64,000 nucleotides of DNA from Eledone cirrhosa (Eukaryota). The translations under genes were made by a program, and so were the position numbers. Positions 54,651 through 64,000 of this stretch are shown piece after piece. Position 1 is the first letter of the stretch, and each line of letters opens with the position of its first letter. Location of the stretch: the NCBI GenBank assembly GCA_964016885.1, contig OZ024743.1:354578001-354642000 (forward strand). Direction: 5' to 3'. The notes under the pieces are model-generated. The model had not been told where the DNA came from. It searched no databases and saw only the letters and a list, made by a program, of their open reading frames with translations.

Positions 54651-57600
54651 GTTGTTGTTGGTGGTAGAGATTGAGGTTTTTATGATTCTGGTAATGGTGA
54701 TGCGGATGATTGTCCTCATGCTGGTTGTTGTTGGTGGTAGAGATTGAGGTTTTTGTGATTCTGGTAATGGTGATGCTGATGATTGTCCTCATGCTGGTTG
54801 TTGTTGGTGGTAGAGATTTAGGTTTTTATGATTCTGGTAATGGTGATGCTGATGATTGTCCTCATGCTGGTTGTTGTTGGTGGTAGAGATTGAGGTTTTT
54901 GTGATTCTGGTAATGGTGATGCTGATGATTGTCCTCATGCTGGTTGTTGTTGGTGGTAGTGATTGAGGTTTTTGTGATTCTGGTAATGGTGAATCTGATG
55001 ATTGTCCTCAAGCTGGTTGTTGTTGGTGGTAGAGATTGAGGTTTTTGTAATTCTGGTAATGGTGATGCTGATTATTGTCCTCATGCTGGTTGTTGTTGGT
55101 GGTAGAGATTGAGGTTTTTGTAATTCTGGTAATGGTGATACTGATGATTGTCCTCATGCTGGTTGTTGTTGGTGGTAGAGATTGAGGTTTTTGTGATTCT
55201 TGTAATGGTGATGCTGATGATTGTCCTCATGCTGGTTGTTGTTGGTGGTAGAGATTGAGGTTTTTTGTGGTTCTGGTAATGGTGATGCTGATGATTGTGC
55301 TTATGGTGGTTGTTGTTGGTGGTAGAGATTGAGGTTTTTTGTGGTTCTGGTAATGGTGATGCTGATGATTGTGCTCATGGTGGTTGTTGTTGGTGGTAGA
55401 GATTGAGGTTTTTGTGATTCTGGTAATGGTGATTCTGATGATTGTCTTCATGCTGGTTGTTGTTGGTGGTAGAGATTGAGGTTTTTTGTGGTTCTGGTAA
55501 TGGTGATGCTGATGATTGTCCTCATGCTGGTTGTTGTTGGTGGTAGAGATTGAGGTTTTTGTGATTCTGGTAATGGTGATGCTGATGATTGTCCTCATGC
55601 TGGTTGTTGCTGGTGGTAGGGATTGAGGTTTTTGTGATTCTGGTAATGGTGAATCTGATGATTGTCCTCAAGCTGGTTGTTGTTGGTGGTAGAGATTGAG
55701 GTTTTTGTAATTCTGGTAATGGTGATGCTGATGATTGTCCTCATGCTGGTTGTTGTTGGTGGTAGAGATTGAGGTTTTTGTAATTCTGGTAATGGTGATA
55801 CTGATGATTGTCCTCATGCTGGTTGTTGTTGGTGGTAGAGATTGAGGTTTTTGTGATTCTTGTAATGGTGATGCTGATGATTGTCCTCATGCTGGTTGTT
55901 GTTGGTGGTAGAGATTGAGGTTTTTTGTGGTTCTGGTAATGGTGATGCTGATGATTGTGCTTATGGTGGTTGTTGTTGGTGGTAGAGATTGAGGTTTTTT
56001 GTGGTTCTGGTAATGGTGATGCTGATGATTGTGCTCATGGTGGTTGTTGTTGGTGGTAGAGATTGAGGTTTTTGCGATTCTGGTAATGGTGATTCTGATG
56101 ATTGTCTTCATGCTGGTTGTTGTTGGTGGTAGAGATTGAGGTTTTTTGTGGTTCTGGTAATGGTGATGCTGATGATTGTCCTCATGCTGGTTGTTGTTGG
56201 TGGTAGAGATTGAGGTTTTTGTGATTCTGGTAATGGTGATGCTGATGATTGTCCTCATGCTGGTTGTTGCTGGTGGTAGGGATTGAGGTTTTTGTGATTC
56301 TGGTAATGGTGATGCTGATGATTGTCCTCATGCTGGTTGTTGTTGGTGGTAGAGATTGAGGTTTTTGTGATTCTGGTAATGGTGATGCTGATGATTGTCC
56401 TCATGCTGGTTGTTGTTGGTGGTAGAGATTGAGGTTTTTGTGATTCTGGTAATGGTGATGCTGATGATTGTCCTCATGCTGGTTGTTGGTGGTGGTAGAG
56501 ATTGAGGTTTTTGTGATTCTGGTAATGGTGATGCTGATGATTGTCCTCATGCTGGTTGTTGTTGGTGGTAGAGATTGAGGTTTTTGTGATTCTGGTAGTG
56601 GTGATGCTGATGATTGTCCTCATGCTGGTTGTTGTTGGTGGTAGAGATTGAGGTTTTTGTGATTCTGGTAATGGTGATGCTGATGATTGTGCTCATGGTG
56701 GTTGTTGTTGGTAGTAGAGATTGAGGTTTTTGTGATTCTGGTAATGGTGATTCTGATGATTGTCTTCATGCTGGTTGTTGTTGGTGGTAGAGATTGAGGT
56801 TTTTTGTGGTTCTGGTAATGGTGATGCTGATGATTGTCCTCATGCTGGTTGTTGTTGGTGGTAGAGATTGAGGTTTTTGTGATTCTGGTAATGGTGATGC
56901 TGATGATTGTCCTCATGCTGGTTGTTGCTGGTGGTAGGGATTGAGGTTTTTGTGATTCTGGTAATGGTGATGCTGATGATTGTCCTCATGCTGGTTGTTG
57001 TTGGTGGTAGAGATTGAGGTTTTTGTGATTCTGGTAATGGTGATGCTGATGATTGTCCTCATGCTGGTTGTTGTTGGTGGTAGAGATTGAGGTTTTTGTG
57101 ATTCTGGTAATGGTGATGCTGATGATTGTCCTCATGCTGGTTGTTGGTGGTGGTAGAGATTGAGGTTTTTGTGATTCTGGTAATGGTGATGCTGATGATT
57201 GTCCTCATGCTGGTTGTTGTTGGTGGTAGAGATTGAGGTTTTTATGATTCTGGTAATGGTGATGCGGATGATTGTCCTCATGCTGGTTGTTGTTGGTGGT
57301 AGAGATTGAGGTTTTTGTGATTCTGGTAATGGTGATGCTGATGATTGTCCTCATGCTGGTTGTTGTTGGTGGTAGAGATTTAGGTTTTTATGATTCTGGT
57401 AATGGTGATGCTGATGATTGTCCTCATGCTGGTTGTTTTTGGTGGTAGAGATTGAGGTTTTTGTGATTCTGGTAATGGTGATGCTGATGATTGTCCTCAT
57501 GCTGGTTGTTGTTGGTGGTAGTGATTGAGGTTTTTGTGATTCTGGTAATGGTGAATCTGATGATTGTCCTCAAGCTGGTTGTTGTTGGTGGTAGAGATTG

Positions 57601-60600
57601 AGGTTTTTGTAATTCTGGTAATGGTGATGCTGATGATTGTCCTCATGCTGGTTGTTGTTGGTGGTAGAGATTGAGGTTTTTGTAATTCTGGTAATGGTGA
57701 TACTGATGATTGTCCTCATGCTGGTTGTTGTTGGTGGTAGAGATTGAGGTTTTTGTGATTCTTGTAATGGTGATGCTGATGATTGTCCTCATGCTGGTTG
57801 TTGTTGGTGGTAGAGATTGAGGTTTTTTGTGGTTCTGGTAATGGTGATGCTGATGATTGTGCTTATGGTGGTTGTTGTTGGTGGTAGAGATTGAGGTTTT
57901 TTGTGGTTCTGGTAATGGTGATGCTGATGATTGTGCTCATGGTGGTTGTTGTTGGTGGTAGAGATTGAGGTTTTTGTGATTCTGGTAATGGTGATTCTGA
58001 TGATTGTCTTCATGCTGGTTGTTGTTGGTGGTAGAGATTGAGGTTTTTTGTGGTTCTGGTAATGGTGATGCTGATGATTGTCCTCATGCTGGTTGTTGTT
58101 GGTGGTAGAGATTGAGGTTTTTGTGATTCTGGTAATGGTGATGCTGATGATTGTCCTCATGCTGGTTGTTGCTGGTGGTAGGGATTGAGGTTTTTGTGAT
58201 TCTGGTAATGGTGATGCTGATGATTGTCCTCATGCTGGTTGTTGTTGGTGGTAGAGATTGAGGTTTTTGTGATTCTGGTAATGGTGATGCTGATGATTGT
58301 CCTCATGCTGGTTGTTGTTGGTGGTAGAGATTGAGGTTTTTGTGATTCTGGTAATGGTGATGCTGATGATTGTCCTCATGCTGGTTGTTGGTGGTGGTAG
58401 AGATTGAGGTTTTTGTGATTCTGGTAATGGTGATGCTGATGATTGTCCTCATGCTGGTTGTTGTTGGTGGTAGAGATTGAGGTTTTTATGATTCTGGTAA
58501 TGGTGATGCGGATGATTGTCCTCATGCTGGTTGTTGTTGGTGGTAGAGATTGAGGTTTTTGTGATTCTGGTAATGGTGATGCTGATGATTGTCCTCATGC
58601 TGGTTGTTGTTGGTGGTAGAGATTTAGGTTTTTATGATTCTGGTAATGGTGATGCTGATGATTGTCCTCATGCTGGTTGTTGTTGGTGGTAGAGATTGAG
58701 GTTTTTGTGATTCTGGTAATGGTGATGCTGATGATTGTCCTCATGCTGGTTGTTGTTGGTGGTAGAGATTGAGGTTTTTGTGATTCTGGTAATGGTGATG
58801 CTGATGATTGTCCTCATGCTGGTTGTTGTTGGTGGTAGAGATTAAGGTCTTTGTGATTCTGGTAATGGTGATGCTGATTATTGTCCTCATGCTGGTTGTT
58901 GTTGGTGGTAGAGATTGAGGTTTTTGTGATACTGGTAATGGTGATGCTGATGATTGTCCTCATGCTGGTTGTTGTTGGTGGTAGAGATTGAGGTATTTGT
59001 AATTCTGGTAATGGTGATGCTGATGATTGTACTCATGCTGGTTGTTGTTGGTGGTAGAGATTGAGATTTTTGTGATTCTGGTAATGGTGAATCTGATGAT
59101 TGTCCTCAAGCTGGTTGCTGTTGGTGGTAGAGATTGAGGTTTTTGTAATTCTGGTAATGGTGATTCTGAAGATTGTGCTGATGCTGGTTGTTGTTGGTGG
59201 TAGAGATTGAGGTTTTTGTGATTCTGGTAATGGTGATGCTGATGATTGTCCTCATGCTGGTTGTTGTTGGTGGTAGAGATTGAGGTTTTTGTGATTCTGG
59301 TAATGGTGATGCTGATGAATGTCCTCATGCTGGTTGTTGTTGGTGGTAGAGATTGAGGTTTTTGTGATTCTGGTAATGGTGATGCTGATGATTGTCCTCA
59401 TGCTGGTTGTTGGTGGTGATAGAGATTGAGGTTTTTGTGATTCTGGTAGTGGTGATGCTGATGATTGTCCTCATGCTGGTTGTTGTTGGTGGTAGAGATT
59501 GAGGTTTTTGTGATTCTGGTAATGGTGATGCTGATGATTGTCCTCATGCTAGTTGTTGTTGGTGGTAGAGATTGAGGTTTTTGTGATTCTGGTAATGGTG
59601 ATGCTGATGATTGTCCTCATGCTGGTTGTTGTTGGTGGTAGAGATTGAGGATTTTGCGATTCTGGTAATGGTGATGCTGATGATTGTCCTCATGCTGGTT
59701 GTTGTTGGTGGTAGAGATTGAGGTTTTTGTGATTCTGGTAATGGTGATGCTGATGATTGTCCTCATGCTGGTTGTTGTTGGTGCTAGAGATTGAGGTTTT
59801 TGTGATTCTGGTAATGGTGATGCTGATGATTGTCCTCATGCTGGTTGTTGTTGGTGGTAGAGATTGAGGTTTTTGTGATTCTGGTAATGGTGATGCTGAT
59901 GATTGTCCTCATGCTGGTTGTTGTTGGTGGTAGAGATTGAGGATTTTGTGATTCTGGTAATGGTGATGCTGATGATTGTCCTCATGCTGGTTGTTGTTGG
60001 TGGTAGAGATTGAGGATTTTGTGATTCTGGTAATGGTGATGCTGATGATTGTCCTCATGCTGGTTTTTGTTGGTGGTAGAGATTGAGGTTTTTGTGATTC
60101 TGGTAATGGTGATGCTGATGATTGTCCTCATGCTGGTTGTTGTTGGTGTTAGAGATTGAGGTTTTTGTGATTCTGGTAATGGTGATGCTGATGATTGTCC
60201 TCATGCTGGTTGTTGTTGGTGGTAGAGATTGAGGTTTTTGTGATTCTGGTAATGGTGATGCTGATGATTGTACTCATGCTGGTTGTTGTTGGTGGTAGAG
60301 ATTGAGGTTTTTGTGATTCTGGTAATGGTGATGCTGATGATTGTCCTCATGCTGGTTGTTGTTGGTGGTAGAGTTTGAGGTTTTTGTGATTCTGGTAATG
60401 GTGATGCTGATGATTGTACTGATGCTGGTTGTTGTTGGTGGTAGAGATTGAGGATTTGTGATTCTGGTAATGGTGATGCTGATGATTGTCTTCATGCTGG
60501 TTGTTGTTGGTGGTAGAAATTGAGGTTTTTGTGTTTCTGGTAATGGTGATGCTGATGATTGTCTTCATGCTGGTTGTTGTTGTTGGTAGAGATTGAGGTT

Positions 60601-61099
60601 TTTGTAATTCTGGTAATGGTGATGCTGATGATTGTACTCATGCTGGTTGTTGTTGGTGGTAGAGATGGAGGTTTTTGTGATTCTGGTAATGGTGATGCTG
60701 ATGATTGTCCTCATGCTGGTTGTTGTTGGTGGTAGAGATTGAGGTTTTTGTGATTCTGGTAATGGTGATGCTGATGATTGTCCTCATGCTGGTTGTTGTT
60801 GGTGGTAGAGATTGAGGTTTTTGTGATTCTGGTAATGGTGATGCTGATGATTGTCCTCATGCTGGTTGTTGTTGGTGGTAGAGGTTGAGGTTTTTGTGAT
60901 TCTGGTAATGGTGATGCTGATGATTGTACTGATGCTGGTTGTTGTTGGTGGTAGAGATTGAGGTTTTTTGTGGTTCTAGTAATGGTGATCCTGATGATTG
61001 TGCTCATGCTGGTTGTTGTTGGTGGTAGAGATTGAGGTTTTTGTGATTCTGGTAATGGTGATGCTGATGATTGTCCTCATGCTGGTTGTTGTTGGTGGT

Positions 61100-62100
61100 A
61101 GAGATTGAGGTTTTTGTGATTCTGCTAATGGTGATGCTGATGAATGTCCTCATGCTGGTTGTTGTTGGTGGTAGAGATTGAGGTTTTTGTGACTCTGGTA
61201 ATGGTGATGCTGATGATTGTCTTCATGCTGGTTGTCATTGGTGGTAGAGATTGATGTTTTTGTGATTCTGGTAATGGTGATGCTGATGAATGTCCTCATG
61301 CTGGTTGTTGTTGGTGGTAGAGATTGAGGTTTTTGTGATTCTGGTAATGGTGATGCTGATGAATGTCCTCATGCTGGTTGTTGTTGGTGGTAGAGATTGA
61401 GGTTTTTGTGACTCTGGTAAAGGTGATGCTGATGATTGTGCTTATGGTGGTTGTTGTTGGTGGTAGAGATTGAGGTTTTTTGTGGTTCTGGTAATGGTGA
61501 TGCTGATGATTGTGCTCATGCTGGTTGTTGTTGGTGGTAGAGATTGAGGTTTTTGTGATACTGGTAATGGTGATGCTGATGATTGTCTTCATGCTGGTTG
61601 TCATTGGTGGTAGAGATTGAGGTTTTTGTGATACTGGTAATGGTGATGCTGATGAATGTCCTCATGCTGGTTGTTGTTGGTGGTAGAGATTGAGGTTTTT
61701 GTGATTCTGGTAATGGTGATGCTGATGAATGTCCTCATGCTGGTTGTTGTTGGTGGTACAGATTGAGGTTTTTGTGACTCTGGTAATGGTGATGCTGATG
61801 ATTGTCTTCATGCTGGTTGTCATTGGTGGTAGAGATTGAGGTTTTTGTGATTCTGGTAATGGTGATGCTGATGAATGTCCTCATGCTGGTTGTTGTTGGT
61901 GGTAGAGATTGAGGTTTTTGTGACTCTGGTAATGGTGATGCTGATGATTGTCTTCATGCTGGTTGTCATTGGTGGTAGAGATTGAGGTTTTTGTGATTCT
62001 GGTAATGGTGATGCTGATGAATGTCCTCATGCTGGTTGTTGTTGGTGGTAGAGATTGAGGTTTTTGAGACTCTGGTAATGGTGATGCTGATAAATGACCT
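61100..62100 (+). repeat. Local 2-3-monomer higher-order repeat of private variants
   Basis: Monomers carrying GATGAATGT, GTGACTCTGG and CTTCATGCTGGTTGTCATTGG alternate. The last marker occurs at about 61590, 61806 and 61952 (steps of about 219 and 146 bp). Confidence 0.75.
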
Positions 62101-64000
62101 CATGCTGGTTGTTGTTGGTGGTAGAGATTGAGGTTTTTGTGATACTGGTAATGGTGATGCTGATGATTGTCCTCATGTTGGTTGTTGTTGGTGGTATAGA
62201 TTGAGGTTTTTGTGATTCTGGTAATGGTGATGCTGATGATTGTACTGATGCTGGTTGTTGTTGGTGGTAGAGATTGAGGATTTGTGATTCTGGTAATGGT
62301 GATGCTGATGATTGTCTTCATGCAGGTTGTTGTTGGTGGTAAAGATTGAGGTCTTTGTGATTCTGGTAATGGTGATGCTGATGATTCTCCTCATGCTGGT
62401 TGTTGTTGGTGGTAGAAATTGAGGTTTTTGTGTTTCTGGTAATGGTGATGCTGATGATTGTCCTCATGCTGGTTGTTGTTGGTATTAGAGATTGAGGTTT
62501 TTATGATTCTGGTAATGGTGATGCTGATGATTGTCCTCATGCTGGTTGTTGTTGGTGGTAGAGATTGAGGTTTTTGTGATTCTGGTAATGGTGATGCTGA
62601 TGATCGTCCTCATGCTGGTTGTTGTTGGTGGTAGAGATTGAGGTTTTTGTGATTCTGGTAATGGTGATGCTGATGATTGTCCTCATGCTGGTTGTTGGTG
62701 GTGATAGAGATTGAGGTTTTTGTGATTCTGGTAGTGGTGATGCTGATGATTGTCCTCATGCTGGTTGTTGTTGGTGGTAGAGATTGAGGTTTTTGTGATT
62801 CTGGTAATGGTGATGCTGATGATTGTCCTCATGCTGGTTGTTGTTGGTGGTAGAGATTGAGGTTTTTGTGATTCTGGTAATGGTGATGCTGATGATTGTC
62901 CTCATGCTGGTTGTTGTTGGTGGTAGAGATTGAGGATTTTGTGATTCTGGTAATGGTGATGCTGATGATTGTCCTCATGCTGGTTGTTGTTGGTGGTAGA
63001 GATTGAGGTTCTTGTGATTCTGGTAATGGTGATGCTGATGATTGTCCTCATGCTGGTTGTTGTTGGTGGTAGAGATTGAGGTTTTTGTGATTCTGGTAAT
63101 GGTGATGCTGATGATTGTCCTCATGCTGGTTGTTGTTGGTGGTAGAGATTGAGGTTTTTGTGATTCTGGTAATGGTGATGCTGATGATTGTCCTCATGCT
63201 GGTTGTTGTTGGTGGTAGAGATTGAGGATTTTGTGATTCTGGTAATGGTGATGCTGATGATTGTCCTCATGCTGGTTGTTGTTGGTGGTAGAGATTGAGG
63301 ATTTTGTGATTCTGGTAATGGTGATGCTGATGATTGTCCTCATGCTGGTTGTTATTGGTGGTAGAGATTGAGGTTTTTGTGATTCTGGTAATGGTGATGC
63401 TGATGATTGTCCTCATGCTGGTTGTTGTTGGTGGTAGAGATTGAGGTTTTTGTGATTCTGGTAATGGTGATGCTGATGATTGTCCTCATGCTGGTTGTTG
63501 TTGGTGGTAGAGATTGAGGTTTTTGTGATTCTGGTAATGGTGATGCTGATGATTGTCCTCATGCTGGTTGTTGTTGGTGGTAGAGATTGAGGATTTTGTG
63601 ATTCTGGTAATGGAGATGCTGATGATTGTCCTCATGCTGGTTGTTGTTGGTGGTAGAGATTGAGGTTTTTGTGAGTCTGGTAATGGTGATGCTGATGATT
63701 GTCCTCATGCTGGTTGTTGTTGGTGGTAGAGATTGAGGTTTTTGTGATTCTGGTAATGGTGATGCTGATGATTGTACTCATGCTGGTTGTTGTTGGTGGT
63801 AGAGATTGAGGTTTTTGTGATTCTGGTAATGGTGATGCTGATGATTGTCCTCATGCTGGTTGTTGTTGGTGGTAGAGATTGAGGTTTTTGTGATTCTGGT
63901 AATGGTGATGCTGATGATTGTCCTCATGCTGGTTGTTGTTGGTGGTCGAGATTGAGGTTTTTGTGATTCTGGTAATGGTGATGCTGATGATTGTCCTCAT

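Larger units (their letters stand above)
1..64000 (+). repeat. 73-bp tandem satellite array, about 876-877 head-to-tail monomers, one orientation, running off both window edges
   Basis: Seen directly: the CATG anchor recurs at 13, 86, 159... (73-bp step) through to 63998. Most monomers differ from consensus by 0-3 substitutions. Length variants are 70, 72 and 74 bp. I saw no non-repeat interruption or inversion. Confidence 0.99.

Noticed and set aside
742-62394. About 100 minus-strand ORFs (67-268 aa) of His/Gln/Asn-, Thr/Ile- and Pro/Ser-rich peptides
   Set aside because: All are translations of the 73-bp repeat. The unit is not a multiple of 3, ORFs overlap in several frames, and their lengths are set by chance stop-loss variants and indels. 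They have no unique sequence or recognisable domain.
1-64000. CRISPR array (period near a repeat+spacer length)
   Set aside because: The whole 73 bp is conserved. There are no unique spacers, palindromic repeat, leader or cas genes.
1-64000. Canonical telomerase repeat or strong G-quadruplex array
   Set aside because: There is no TTAGGG/TTAGG-type short unit. The consensus has only GG runs, with GGG only in scattered variants, so canonical three-tier G4 motifs are absent.
1-64000. Trypanosome VSG-associated 70-bp repeats, or a diversity-generating/antigenic-variation cassette system
   Set aside because: Those repeats are AT-rich with TAA triplet runs, unlike this monomer. No associated gene, recombinase or reverse transcriptase is present, and the variation is explained by block duplication.
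1-64000. Whole array as a sequencing or assembly artefact
   Set aside because: Linked, ordered and position-specific variants, plus small differences between duplicated blocks, fit real satellite evolution. The copy number of the largest blocks still needs read validation.

Overview
The whole 64-kb window is one uninterrupted, single-orientation tandem array (satellite DNA) of a 73-bp monomer, about 876-877 copies. The + strand consensus is CATGCTGGTTGTTGTTGGTGGTAGAGATTGAGGTTTTTGTGATTCTGGTAATGGTGATGCTGATGATTGTCCT (31 T, 25 G, 11 A, 6 C; 42% GC; no CpG). I found no credible protein-coding gene, RNA gene, transposon, CRISPR array or unique sequence. The ORF track is a by-product of the repeat: the - strand of the monomer has only one stop codon. 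The real structure lies in the pattern of monomer variants. The array is split into variant domains that change at about 17.4-18.2 kb. It is built of nested, in-register higher-order duplications of 2, 3, 9, 11, 14, 15, 18, 29, 35, 45, 57, 61 and 76 monomers, plus longer-range copies at 8.5-9.8 kb offsets. This resembles a recently expanding eukaryotic (peri)centromeric or subtelomeric satellite, but organism and function cannot be determined from this window. Block boundaries were read by eye and are accurate to about one or two monomers.
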